Shown: positions 12,356 to 25,939, counted from the stretch's first letter. The stretch is DNA of 64,000 bases from Octopus vulgaris (GCA_951406725.2 OX597814.1:105896001-105960000); one strand, 5' to 3'. Translations and numbers: made by a program. Notes: generated by a model from the sequence alone, not told the origin.

Positions 12356-12480
12356 GTTTGTGTATTTGTGTTTGTCCCCCCACAACCATCGCTTGATAAC
12401 CAATAGAATAAGTACTAGGCTTACAATAGATTTGTTCTATAAGGCGGTGCTCCAGCATGGCCGCAGTCAAATTACTGAAA
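12356..12480 (+). mobile_element. SINE family B, 3' half resuming after the Penelope insertion
   Basis: GTGTTTGTCCCCCCACAACCATCGCTTGA...GGCGGTGCTCCAGCATGGCCGCAGTCAAAT. Confidence 0.8.
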
Positions 12481-13679
12481 GAAGCACACACACACACGTA
12501 TAGAAAAAGAGATAGAAAGAAAGAGAGGACGGTGAGAGACAGATTGCATGATGTGTCGTCCTGTGTGTAGGTGGGAACACGTGTCTACCTAATTATGTTT
12601 ACACACATTGCTGACTAATTATTACTTATTAACTCTGTTAATTGGCACGAATTCATAATTTCTACTGCATCCTTCCTCCGCCGCTCCACCACCACCACCA
12701 CCACTCATCCTTCACCCGTTTTAGAAACACCCTCCTGCTTTTTCCGTTTCGCTTTATGAATCTGTACCAAGGCAGAGTATGTCATACAGCATGTATATAT
12801 GCGCAGGCGGGGTGCGTGCATGTGTTTGCGCATGCGTAGAATGTTTAGTCATATATGGTCTCTTTGCAAGCGGTTAAAAACTATGCTGGTGCTAGTGTTA
12901 CAAAGCAGTGAGTCAACAAACACGCTGGCCGACAGGATCCACGCTTTGCGCAGGTAAAAAGATAAAAGCTTGCCTTGTGCGGCCACACATCTCGCCGCGG
13001 TAAGAATTAAGGGAGAGTGTAAGAGAAGTGGAGACAATCCTGGTCTGGCAACATCAAAGACTGGAGAGTTCACATCATCGTGATCCTGCTACGTATGATA
13101 GCGGACAGTGACCAGTGGCGACGGCTGACCGTAAAAGCGTCAAGAGGGACACCCTAACGACTCGTTGCATCAGTAAGGGAATTTGATGATTATCCACAAA
13201 GAGTGGTGAATGTGTTTATTACAGTATAATGTATATGTGCGTATTTCTACATGCACTGAGTATTGGAGGTGCGTGAGCAGGAGTGGAAGTATGTCCAGAC
13301 GTTTATGTCATTTGCTCGTATGTTGCGCTATTTAACTTTATACTACACCACTGCTACCTGTCAGAGTTATCTCTCCTTGATTCTCAATAATCTAAATTCT
13401 CGTATGTGTATACTATCTTCTCCTTTATAAATGTCACGTTAACGCGATCTCATTGCTGTCCAATCGTTAATTTATGCTCCGTCGGCCATTTTGTCATAGT
13501 AAATATTCATTATTTGTCCTTGCATATTCTCATTGAAATGGCTGCCTAAAGATAGACATTGTGACGTTCGATGTAAATCATCTTTAACCAGTTTGCAGTA
13601 ATCTTACCAAGTTATATATTTATGTTTTATTTCTGGATATCGTGTACTTAATCTCCCACCGTTTCTACACACACACGCA

Positions 13680-13759
<80 letters not shown>

Positions 13760-13843
13760 ATTCAAAAGTGAAATATAGAATGAACATAATGTATATTCTT
13801 AGCTGTTCTCTTATTCCTGTTTTTTGCTTTTATTTCTTTTCAG

Positions 13844-15448
13844 ATCATTTTTGCCGATGAATGTACAGAAGCAGAAGGTCGAAGCTGGCACATGAAACAC
13901 TTCTGTTGTTTCGAATGTGATTTTCAGCTGGGTGGAACACGTTACTTCATGCGAGAAGGCCGTCCCTATTGCTGCGACTGCTTTGATAGGATGTATACCC
14001 GCTATTGTGATACGTGTGGAGATAGTATCAGTACTGAAGAAGATCAGATAATGTACGAAGGCCAGCATTGGCATGCTCTTCCTCAATGCTTCAAGTGTCA
14101 CACGTGTCAAAAGTCATTACTGGGACAACGATATTTACCGAAACATGGCGTTATATATTGCTCTGCGTCGTGCAGCCGTGCGGGGTCAATGCAGACCCAG
14201 ACACCCAGGAGGCCCGAAGACTATTTTCATGATTTAAATCTCCAGAGTTATGCCTTGCCCCATTCCCCTCCAGCCCAACACCAAATGTCGCTGTCCATCC
14301 ATGATGCATCACTGGAACCTCCGTTGACCAGTGACTTCCAGCAACAATGTACGTTGGACAGCTGCGTCTCATCCGACCGCGACCAGGGCTACGCGACAAG
14401 CAGCAATAGCGAGGTATATGCCCCGCTCGGCGGGTTCGATTATGTCCGACCAGTTACACCTCACAAAGACGAAACAGATATATTTGATTACGATTTTACT
14501 CGAAACGGTTTTGTGGACTCAGCACCTGTTTGTAAGGAGCTCAGGAGAAAAAACCGTTTGTCTCAGTTCTCAATGCCAGACTTAACGAAAGATATGCCAG
14601 GTTCACCGGAAACCGAGAGGAGAGCTGCGTTCAATAACTGGAACAGAGGCCGACACGGCTCTGAACGAAATCTCGATAATCCACAGCATCTTAATGACTA
14701 CAAGCGACCCGAGGAGGAAAATATCTACCAGGAAATTCTATCGAATCATGTTTCTTCGTATAACAGATCCAGCTCGTCGACAGAATGTTCAGTGAAAACG
14801 TGTCAAAGCGACGTTTTGCAGCAACACAAGCGAAACGAACGCTCTTTGACGCCAACCAGAGATTACTCGTCGATACCGTTGCCTGATGACAAGAAAATGA
14901 ATCCGATATCAAGGCCGAATGACCCGCGAATTCAATATGAAATTAGGCAGCATTTAATCCAGCAACAACAGCAACAGCAAGGAATACCGCAACAGCAACA
15001 TCGCCACCTTCAGCAGCAGTATCAGCTGCAACAACAGCAGCAGCAACAACAACAACAGCAACAACACATGCCACTCGGCTGCCCACGGAGTCGCAGTTTC
15101 GATAGCCGGCCCATGGTTGTTCATTTTAGTGAGCCACCACATCAGGGAGAAATATCAACGACAGGAGAATACAAACGAAGCCCTTCAGATCCAGCCTTAT
15201 CTAGTAACAGTGAAAAATACGTCGATGGCGGTCACGCAGACGACCATTGCAGCACGTGTTCCAGTTCCAGTGACTCTGACGATTATTATTATTCTTTCGA
15301 CTGTTCCAGTCGTTATGGTACACGTATTTCCTACGTGGATGACGTCGGTATGTCCGTGTGTAGAATGGGACGTGGTGGCCGTGTGGAAGGTCGGAATGTT
15401 AGTGGTAGAAGCCATCGTGGTCGAAGCAAACACTGTGCAATATCTTAA
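13844..15448 (+). CDS. pk: Prickle-family protein, terminal coding exon: LIM2, LIM3, polyQ, Ser/Asp-rich C-terminal region, CaaX
   Basis: Pyrimidine tract plus CAG acceptor at 13841-13843, then [25 protein letters not shown]... in frame with the 13892..15448 ORF and phase-compatible with the upstream exon (CDE|[13 protein letters not shown] is the conserved Prickle junction). LIM3 CDTC...HWHA..CFKCHTC...[15 protein letters not shown] and RISYVDD motifs. Ends in CAIS-stop (CaaX). Confidence 0.95.
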   Translation: MIFADECTEAEGRSWHMKHFCCFECDFQLGGTRYFMREGRPYCCDCFDRMYTRYCDTCGDSISTEEDQIMYEGQHWHALPQCFKCHTCQKSLLGQRYLPKHGVIYCSASCSRAGSMQTQTPRRPEDYFHDLNLQSYALPHSPPAQHQMSLSIHDASLEPPLTSDFQQQCTLDSCVSSDRDQGYATSSNSEVYAPLGGFDYVRPVTPHKDETDIFDYDFTRNGFVDSAPVCKELRRKNRLSQFSMPDLTKDMPGSPETERRAAFNNWNRGRHGSERNLDNPQHLNDYKRPEEENIYQEILSNHVSSYNRSSSSTECSVKTCQSDVLQQHKRNERSLTPTRDYSSIPLPDDKKMNPISRPNDPRIQYEIRQHLIQQQQQQQGIPQQQHRHLQQQYQLQQQQQQQQQQQQHMPLGCPRSRSFDSRPMVVHFSEPPHQGEISTTGEYKRSPSDPALSSNSEKYVDGGHADDHCSTCSSSSDSDDYYYSFDCSSRYGTRISYVDDVGMSVCRMGRGGRVEGRNVSGRSHRGRSKHCAIS

Positions 15449-15905
15449 TAAAAGGAATCATTCAATCTAGATTGTCCATTTTCCCTGGCATTGATAGAAT
15501 GTTGCGAACCTCTTAAAAAGAAAACGACATTCGCACAATCTGCAGTCCTAATTCTTTCGCTATCAACATCAACAGCAACAACAATAACAAGACGAAGAAA
15601 TGCGACAACTTCGACAATGATTGGTTACAGAAGTGATTAAAGAAGATTCAAGGTAGAAGACATAATACACTTAGAAGTTTTAGATAATCTGAATTGGATA
15701 AGATGTGAACTGGATTGCGTTATTGGTTAAATGGAAAAGTAGAGAGGTGAGACGAGAAAGAAAAAATAGAATAATTATAGAAAAAGAAGACGAGAGAAAA
15801 TGTCTGACAACGCAATTGTTCGGTTAAGATGATGTTTTGACCCTTTTTTATTGCGGGGAGAGACGAATGAGGTGATTTCTCCTCTTGGCCGAAATAATAA
15901 TAATA

Positions 15906-15952
<47 letters not shown>

Positions 15953-16730
15953 CATAATAATAATAACGATGACAAGAAGTATGTATGTGCATATACATAT
16001 ATGGTTTCACTGTTGATGCTTGTTTAAGCCTCCAAAAATATACAAAGGCAAGAAATGTTGAAAAAAAAAACAGAAACTTCAGACAGGTGAGATAATGAAG
16101 TTGACAAGTAATTATTGAAAATGGATAAAAAGAGAAAAAAAAACAACAACATGCGAAACTCCCATAAATGGATTTGATTGGTTCATCAGAAATATATATG
16201 TATATATATATATATTTCGGTATAAATATATATAAATAATAATAAAAGCAAGTAAAATAAGCTTCGATTGAAATCTGGTCAAAAACTGCCGGATTTAATT
16301 GTTTTTTCTTGTTTGTTGTTTTTAGTTTTCTTGTTTGTTTCTACTTCTTCTCCGGCCCCTCCCCTCAAAGCAATGTATACTCCGAGCTCCTTGTTGTTTT
16401 TGTTGATGTTGATGTTTTCCTAAGTTATTCATTATTCATTATTCAAAAAAGAAAGACCATAAACCCAAAGCTATCCTCTTCCTCTTCCATCTCTTCACTA
16501 GTTGATTGTTTGTTATAAATGTCTTCTGTGACACCCCCTCCTCTTATTAAACAACAAGGTACGCTAATTCACCGAGTGAACATTATAATAAACAATTACA
16601 AATAATTAAAAAAAAAACGAATATATTGAAAAGAAAAGACCTGTTTTACCCATTTTTCGTTTATTTTTCCAAACTAGTGTACCTGGAAATATTCTGTGAA
16701 AACATTGACAAAAATATATATAATAAAAAA
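15449..16730 (+). other. Probable prickle 3' UTR (end uncertain, may extend much further)
   Basis: Non-coding A/T-rich sequence after the stop. AATAAA overlaps the stop (15447-15452) and recurs near 16588 and 16722. No transcript evidence. Confidence 0.45.
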
Positions 16731-17251
16731 GAGAAAAACAGCAGGAAGGAGAAAATAATGAAATAGGATTTTTTTATTATTTAAAAAACGAAAAAATACT
16801 AAAAAAAAAAAAACATTTTACGAAAAAAAAACAATAACATATTTTTTTGTGACTTTAATTCTCAAACGAAGCGTTGGGTGCCAGACCCACGTCACTGAGA
16901 TTCTATGCCTTCTTTATAAAGAATTACTTTAAAATTAAAAAAAAAACCCAAAAACAATGATGACGAGAATTTAATCCCTATCTTCCCCTATTCTCGATAA
17001 AAAAAATAACAAAAAGAAAAGTAAATAATTTTCCATTCTATTAAAATGCTGTTGCAATATTACTGTTGTCTTTAGATAAATCTCTTCAGAGAGAGAAAAA
17101 AACCAAACAACATGACTTGAATGCTTCCAATGTAAGAATTGTCCCCTGTGCGGATTCCCACACACACAGGACAATTCTATATCTCTGTCTATATATTATA
17201 TTATATAACCTGCAATAATTGAACCTCTAATACATTGTGTTGTCCAATTTC

Positions 17252-17294
17252 ATGTATATATATATATATATATATATATTGTGTTGTCCAATTT

Positions 17295-17340
<46 letters not shown>

Positions 17341-17601
17341 GTATATATATATGTATATATATATGTAAATAGATATATATGTATGTATATGTATATAGAT
17401 ATATATGTATGTATATGTATGTATATGTATATAGATATATATGTATGTATATGTATATATACATATATGTATGTATATGTATGTATATGTATATATACAT
17501 ATATGTATGTATATGTATATATGTATGTATATGTATATGTATGTATATGTATGTATATGTGTATATATATATATCTATGTATATATATATGCATGTATGT
17601 G

Positions 17602-17632
<31 letters not shown>

Positions 17633-18845
17633 CATATATATTATATATATATAATATATATATATTACGTATATAATATATATATATATAATATATATAT
17701 ATTACGTATATAATATATATATAATATACATATATAATATATATATATTATGTATATAATATATATATTATATATATAAAACATATATATGATACATATA
17801 TATGTACTTATATATAATATATATATAAAATATAATACTTATAAATAATACATATATATATGTATATATAATACGTATATATATATGTGTGTGTATATAT
17901 GTATGTATATGGATATATATGTATATGTGTGTATATATATATATATGTGTGTGTGTGTATATATGTATATATATGTTTGTATATATATATATATACATAC
18001 ACATGTGTGTATATATGTATATGTGTGTGGATATGTATATATAACAATGTGTATGTGTGGATATGTATATATAACAATGTATGTGTGTGTATGTACATAT
18101 ATGTATACACATGTTGGTATCTATGTGTATACATATGTATTGAATTATATAAGCATGTAAACCTACACACTGAGTGTACTCACACACAAAATGGAATTTA
18201 TTTATATATTATAAATATTAGAGTGATATATCAACATACTCAACTGTGTGTGTCTATGCATGGTGACATGTATATAACACACATATATGTATGTGTACAT
18301 ATATTTATATTCATATATGTATACATGCAGCTATACATGTGTACATATGCATCTATGTATATAAACTTGTATGTACTTATCTGCACATACGATATATATA
18401 TATATGTATGTGTGTATGTATATACGTATATGTGTTTATGTATATACGTATGTGTGTGTGTGTATATATATATATATAAATGTAAATATGTACGTACATA
18501 CGCACACATATAGAACGTGTGAATGGGTATGTAGTTATGTGTTCCAGTATATATATATGTATATATATATATATGTATGTATATATATATATATATATGT
18601 ATGTATATATATATATGTATATATATATATGTATGTATATATATATATGTATATATATATATGTATATATATATGTATATATATATATGTATGTATATAT
18701 ATATGTGTATATATATATGTGTATATATATATATATGTGTATATATATATATATGTGTATATATATATGTATATATATATATATGTATATATATGTATGT
18801 ATATATATATATATACATATATATATACACATATATATATATATA
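17252..18845. repeat. ~1.6-kb compound (TA)n/(TATG)n/(TG)n microsatellite field
   Basis: Directly visible. Source of many spurious YI/CV ORFs. Confidence 0.95.
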
Positions 18846-19917
18846 GGATTGTATCTAAGCACTCTATGCATGCAGGTATAGTCTATGTATACAAAATGCA
18901 TGCAAAAATGCCTCCTAATTAATTTTTAAAAATTAAATAACCAAAACAATATAATTGTTATATAAAAACAATGATTGTTTTGATGTATATTTCATTATTA
19001 TTATTATTATTATCATTATTATTATTATTATTATTGCTGGGTTTGAGTTTTATAGGTGAATCCATGTATAGAAATTTTCATTTTAACTTTGTGGAATTGC
19101 CAGACAGAAATGTTATTATAGTAATTGATGATGATGATGATAATGATGACGATGAAAGAAGTAAGAGAATGGAGGCGAAAAATATCGCAGTCTAATCTGA
19201 ACAACTCAAAGAAAGGAAAAAATAAATATGACTTCTTTATTTATGTATTTAACTATTTTTCCATTTTTCTGTTTATAATTTTTCAATTTTGTTTGTTAAT
19301 CGCCAGCGTCATAAATATGGCGTATGAACGGTGAAGCGACTCGTGTCCGTAGAGCGACGGTCTCTTGTCTCAAAACGAGGCAAACATCACAATTGCTTTA
19401 CCAAATGACCTCTTGACATAACGCATAATCGCCACTGATCCCCAGTGCCAGCCCATCTATAACTTGAAGGCGTCACGCCTGTGTAACAAATATTTTTTTC
19501 ATTTTTCTCTTTTTTTTTCAATTTTCAAGGATCACGTGATATTGGCACCCAATAAAAATAGGAAACAATATGTATTTTGTTTTAGTTTTGATTGATAAAC
19601 ATGTCTGTTGTTTGAATTATGTGGGTTCCTTTTCTCTCTCAGGAATTGGGCTGTCATACATATATGTTGACATCCGTGTCTACACACACATTTCCGGTAT
19701 CTGTAGCTAGTGAGTAGATAACTACTCCGAAATGTGTACATCCCACAGTCTGGGTAGTGGGTGCTGCAAGCTGACTCTGTGTATTTGCACCTATTTGTCC
19801 ACAGCGGGTACTTTTCTCAATTACAGGTTTATTTGCTGGTTTCGATATGCCTCAAGCATATTTGAATTCTTGACAAGTTTCGTTTAATGTACACACAGTA
19901 TACAGATATAAATTACT

Positions 19918-20425
19918 AATAATTTCTTAATTGGAGACACGGATATAGGCAGGTTCTTATGACACTCCTTGTGTCTCCAAGCAATTTCTGGCTCTGAACA
20001 CATGGTCTATACAATTTGCAAATCAGGATGCTGATACAAGAGAAATTACCAGAAAAACGAGATGGGATATTTGTTTTAGATCTAAGAATTCCACCGCACC
20101 ACTGAATTCCAGATCCGAAATTTTCAACAAATGCAAATATACGGACAAGTTTCTTTTGACTAACTGCAAGACACAACACTCTCCGGATTGAGCAGCTGTC
20201 TCGCAGATTTTGGACCCTTTTCCAATGAATTACTCTACAACAGCTAGCTAATTGTGGATTTATGGTCAAAGGGGACATGACGCCGTTTTTCTTTTCATTT
20301 TCCGTTTTATTCATCCATCCTTTCATTTTTGCGTCTACCTTCTCGTTTTTTCTGAAGATTGCTTAGCAACACAAGACGTGTTATAAAAACCTGCCTAAAG
20401 CCATGTCTCCAAGAAGGAAACTATT
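19918..20425. mobile_element. Non-autonomous DNA transposon (MITE) with ~50-bp imperfect TIRs
   Basis: Left AATAATTTCTTAATTGGAGACACGG..GGCAGGTTCTTATGACAC vs right GTGTTATAAAAACCTGCC..CCATGTCTCCAAGAAGGAAACTATT. Shorter relative at 38697-38841. Confidence 0.7.
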
Positions 20426-22550
20426 TGTAGCTCCTATTTTTATTCAGTGTACATCAAATATTTATATCTCACTGGGTGGAGTACTTTTTTGTCAAATTTA
20501 CCTTAACGGAATAGTAAACTATATATGCGCGCGCGCGCGCGTGTGTGTGTGTGTGGAGAGAGAGACAGAGGGAGGAGTATATGTTTCCGTGCTATTGAAA
20601 CCTAAAACTGCGTAACAGATCCCAAGTATTAAGAACTCCCTATGGAATTCCGTTTGTGTATTTGAATTGCATTCTTTGTTATTAAATCCATGTTTGAGTT
20701 TTGCATGTATGATGTTTTATAATTAACCACATACTCTTACGTACGTTTCATTAACATAAGGTGATTATTGGTTACATAAATGCAAATTGCATAATCAAGT
20801 TTTAGAGTCGAAATGGTGAGGGACATCTAAATATTATAAGTAATAATAATTGGATTGAAAATATGACAGTATTCACTAATCGTGGAAATGGTTCGCGGTT
20901 TGGCATTAAATCTTTTTTTACGTAACTAATAAAAGCCTTACGTTAATGCGTGCGTACACACACAGGCATGCGCTTGCGCAAGGGTTATAAAATATTCTAA
21001 GTTGAGCAAGATGAAATTGTTAGTCTGCGATCATGAAGTCCACAACTGATTTTGAGATATTTGCAACGTAGAACAGTGCAGCAAGAAGTCCTTATCCCGT
21101 GCGTGCATCGTGGAATAAACGTTAAGACTGAGTCGAGGGGGGGGGGGTTGTTATGGAAAGAATGGGGCTCTGTAAATTACTTTATGTAATCAAATGAAAG
21201 ACGGAGCCTTGAGGTGATCGCTCAGTTTGCTAGAAATAGCTGTTACATGTACCGCAAATTCATCGAATCATACATGCCACTTTCTCAAAGAGAAGCCTTT
21301 GAACATTTTTTCATAGATATACTACATTTGAAAGAAAAGAAAGAATAGTCATGGCTGGAACGCTTATTGTCAGGACTCTTGTCCTGGTGGTTGACCTGGT
21401 GTTAAACAACTGTTATCTATTCCATCATCACCAGAGGAAATAAAAAATATAAATATGAGATTCGAACCTTAAACGGAAGGAACCAAAACCGTACTCACCA
21501 CATTACATTTAATACTAGGCAGTGATGATTTTGTTATGTCGGGCGGTACTTTAAAAGCTAGTGGGATTTCGTATTTCAAACAATGTTTCGATTTTGAGAA
21601 ATTACAAGAGCGTTCGTTGCCTGTCATATGACAAGTAACTTCCAATGTATACTTTCCTGCCAGGTGTCATCTCAGGAAATACAGGCGTCAGCAAGAGTAG
21701 ATAGACAGTTGCTTAATATAAGTGGAATCTTAAACTTGATTGTGGAATCTGCAGGAGACCCCTAGTTCATTGGAAGTTTTTTTTTCTAGTGTCTTTGAAA
21801 TTAAAACAACATCCCCAATTCATACTAAGCAACTATAGACCCTCTTTTGTCCACAGTAATTTAAATGTTTATTAAATTTCTTGGTGCTTATTACAAAATG
21901 ATGGAATGGAAACGAATTTTCAAAAGAAGTCTATTTATTATCCTAAAATGTAATCAAATAGCGCAAAACAATGATGCATTTATTCATTCTTAATACATTC
22001 CGGTAGATTCGAACGAGAATATGCTAATCGCTGTAGTAATTTGTCAACAGAGGACAATTCTTTCGTTTGTATAACTACTCTGACATTTACTTCCTCTCTT
22101 CTTGCTCCTCTATGGTTCTTTCTCCCTCACTCTGTGTATAGTATTCAATTATTCATTGCCTGCCACCAACCCTAGTATGTGTGCTCGCCTTCAGTCCAGC
22201 ATTTATATCGGTTATTATCTACAGACGAGTGAAAGGGAAATGCGATTTTCAGAAAGAGTGTTTCTAAATACGTCACGTGTAGAAACCTGACAGTCGGCAG
22301 TTTCTGTCCCACCATTTACTTCACTTGAAGAACATTAGTTCAAGAAAGCCAGGAATATCCTACAGAAATATTCCTCAACTAAAACCGTTGATTCAATTGG
22401 TTGATCAACTGGATAGATATACTTCGTGGAAATATTTCTAACAATCTTATTATTTACATACACATATATGGTTCCACGCACTGGGATTCAATCCGGAACC
22501 ATGCGGTTGGAAAGCAAAGTTCTTACCATACAGCCACGTCAGCGCCTATA

Positions 22551-22610
<60 letters not shown>

Positions 22611-22647
22611 CATGCACACACATTGTAATGTATATGTATATACATAT

Positions 22648-22714
<67 letters not shown>

Positions 22715-22784
22715 CGCAAAGACACACGTTTATGTTTGTTTTGCAAGATTCCTGATGTGAAAACGAGTGTTGAAACAAATATTA

Positions 22785-23102
22785 TTATACTTGGGGATGG
22801 TCATATTTTGTCAACTAAACACACGCACTGTATATTTGGTCTTCACTTCAGCTTTTTTATTATCGTTTTTTGCTTTTGTTTCTTTGTCAAAGCTCTTCGC
22901 TTACACATCTTTATCTCTCTTATTCGGCTTAGTCCATTTTGTCTTTCAAAGGGGCCTGACAAAATGGACTAAGCAAAACAAGACAGGATGTGTGACGAAA
23001 GAGCTTTGACGAAGAAACAATAATAATAATAATAAAGCTGAATGAAAGGCTAAACATATGTGTTGTGTTTAATTGACAAAATATGACTATCCTCAACTAT
23101 AA
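22785..23102. repeat. ~320-bp imperfect palindrome (foldback element) next to (TA)n
   Basis: Inner 17-bp perfect stem GCTTAGTCCATTTTGTC/GACAAAATGGACTAAGC with a 14-nt loop. Complementarity continues to the ends (GGATGGTCATATTTTGTCAA / TTGACAAAATATGACTATCC). Confidence 0.8.
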
Positions 23103-23114
23103 CGATATATATAT

Positions 23115-23163
<49 letters not shown>

Positions 23164-23181
23164 TACATATATTATCATATA

Positions 23182-23246
<65 letters not shown>

Positions 23247-23319
23247 CTGACGATTGTAATGGTCCAAAATTCAATGCAACTTTATCTTGGAACTGTATAC
23301 ATATATATAATACAAACTA

Positions 23320-23890
23320 TTATTATACTACAGGACCGTGATTTCATTCAATCGGTTGACCTTCAGCAAGGCTAGAGTTAATAACGTTGCTTGTCGTCTG
23401 CCATGCATAAAAGGTGGCTCTGATTTGAAATTGCCATGTAAAAATATAAGGCACGTGTCGGTTAAATTGAAATTAGTTCGCTTCTTTATTATTTGGGTAT
23501 GGGATAGGATGGTGGATAACATACTGTCATCTATCATGCTGCCTTTACAGAAGTCCTCTGATGCTTTATGCCCTATTGCCCATGAGATGCTGGTAGTTTC
23601 TCGTTTGTCTCTCGAGTTCCAAATATACGCTGAAAGTGTTGTGGTGTTTTCTGTAGGTGATGACAGAACGATCAGCTGTGTTTATGCAGAAGACTTTTAA
23701 GAGCGCTCTGCAAACTCCCCACAGGTTGTAGACTGTTGTTGATGGTGACATTAACCCGATATATAATGCTTTATTCCTTTGTATTTACACTTTAAGGAGC
23801 AAAGCTGTGCATTTCGGTATCTGCGCGTTGGCTCTCATCTCTGGCTGTAGTATTGACCTCTGCTTCATAGAATAGCACTACATTATTCAT
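23320..23890 (-). pseudogene. Highly degenerate Penelope-like GIY-YIG endonuclease remnant
   Basis: Minus-strand frameshifted pieces NVVLFYEAEV, LYIGL and NTTTLSAYIWNSRDKRETTSISWAIGHKASEDFCKGS resemble the PLE consensus VVY.A.V..YIG...T.LS.YIW.LK......I.W.I...A..Y..GS (by eye). Confidence 0.6.
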
Positions 23891-25609
23891 CACACGATTC
23901 CAATTCTAAACGCAAGGAATCAGATAATATCAACTATCAACACGTGTCCAGATTTTCAAAGAATCCTGCTCACCCCACTCTGATGGCTGACGGACGAAAC
24001 CCGAAGCTCTAGACTACCTACAATCGAACCAGTTTGAGGCAGTCTACAAGGATCGATAACTGCTGCTGTGTTTAAGTTTGTACATTGTTTTGCGCATGTC
24101 TACAACATGAATTCTGTTATACTTTTTAATTGTGTGTTATTTCCTTCTTACATTATATTATACGTCATCTGCGCCATTTTGCAACTTACAGATTCCACAT
24201 CTCAAATTGGTGCGTCTTCTCTGAAACACCGAGTGTATATATATCGCTATGTTCATCTGAATGCATGTGAGTGTATGTCTACTTAAATCTGCATGAGAAT
24301 CATACATTGCAGGTGTGTGTGTGTGTGTGTAAGCCTGTCAAGGTGTGTATTAAAATAACTTCACGTGCCTTAATCAGTGATGGCGACTGATTAACAGCTT
24401 CATGTAGAGGTAGCCCCACTCACTCCACCCATCATTTCCACTATTTTACCTTGCGCCTAATTACTATCATTTAAAGCATTGTTATAATATTATGTAATTA
24501 AAAACCTATCGGAGTATTTGCGTTTTTTTCTTAAATTAGCTTCACCTGTGGAACCTGACTGAATTTAATAAAACACACGTGAAGCAGGCCTAATTTCGGA
24601 TGAAACCTGTTAATTACGGTATTATCCTGCCATAAAATTAACTCCTTTCACCTTTATATATTTTCTTTTGTTTTATTATTTTTCAGCGCAGTCAAATGAA
24701 AATATCCATCGGTAAACTGTTTCTTTACTCTCGAGTGCAAACAGGTTTTAGCTTCAGATAACAATAATTGCGTCATGTTCCTTTCTGATATTTTACGGTG
24801 AACTACAATCAGCAGGAGAAAAACTGATCGATAATAATAAAAGTCAAAGAGCGTAAGGAATTGTGGGAGTTAATTACAAGGTAGAAGGATATCAGGTAAC
24901 AAATGGGGAAAGTGTCGATGGCTTACACAAATGTTAAAGACATCCTGCAATTACTAAGCTAACAAAATTATTTTTCTCCGAAGATAACGAGTCGAAGCGA
25001 GGGAGAGAGAGAGAGAGAAAGCGAGAGAGACATACAGACAGGCTGGAGAAGAAAGTTAGAGGAAGGGTTTAAATAAATTCTATGTATTTCATTTAAAAAT
25101 TCTCTAACGTGATCTCAGGAGTTGAATATATGTCGGACGTGATATTTAAACAGCAAGACGCCATATTTCCGTCAGCGAGACCAAGTTTTGGTATCATTTG
25201 TGTAAATATATAACCCACAACCAGTTATAACTGTTGTTATATTAAGTTATTTGATAATTAATTTATTTGAGAAGGTCTCCATCGTAAAGTAAAATTAACA
25301 CATTTGCAAACAGACTTTGAAAGCTTCATTTCCAAAAGGTCACCAGAATCTGAATAAATAAAGGGAGAAATATCAGTAGGAAGGAAAAAGCGTCCTTATT
25401 TGTTATTGATTAGTCATGTGACCACTTCTTCGTCCCGCTTGTCTTCCATGTTTTAGAAATATTTCTAACAATGATATCTAATTTTAGTACAACCCAGCAA
25501 ATTGTAGTGGAGGCGTTCGACCTTGTATAAATTGACCCCAGTATAAATTCGATATGTATTTTATCGACAAAAAAGTAATAAAAGCAAAGTTGATTCCGGT
25601 AGAATTTGA

Positions 25610-25640
<31 letters not shown>

Positions 25641-25939
25641 TCGTTTTGGGATTTGGTTTGCAAGATTCTTTTTGTGTGTTGAAGCATATTTTGTTGTGTC
25701 TGGGGAGAGTCACTCTCTTTTTGTGCCTTATTATTTAACACACTCACCGATTCAGTTTCCACTCATTCACTCCTTTATTTAGAAAAAATAAAGAAAAATG
25801 TATGAATGTTCATATAAATACATTCCTACCCTATCCTTTAGAGTTTGTTTTTAAGGGATCATTCACTCACAATATACATGTATGTGTGTGTGTGTGTGTA
25901 AATTCGTGCGTGTGTATGTGTGTATTTCCGAGTGCAATA

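Larger units (their letters stand above)
174..13843 (+). other. 13,670-bp GT-AG intron of prickle
   Basis: GT at 174, AG at 13842-13843. Joining the flanking exons restores an uninterrupted LIM2 domain. Confidence 0.9.

Noticed and set aside
13892-13894. ATG as the start of a standalone 518-aa gene
   Set aside because: It is an internal Met of LIM2 (WHMKHF). The exon begins at the acceptor at 13844.
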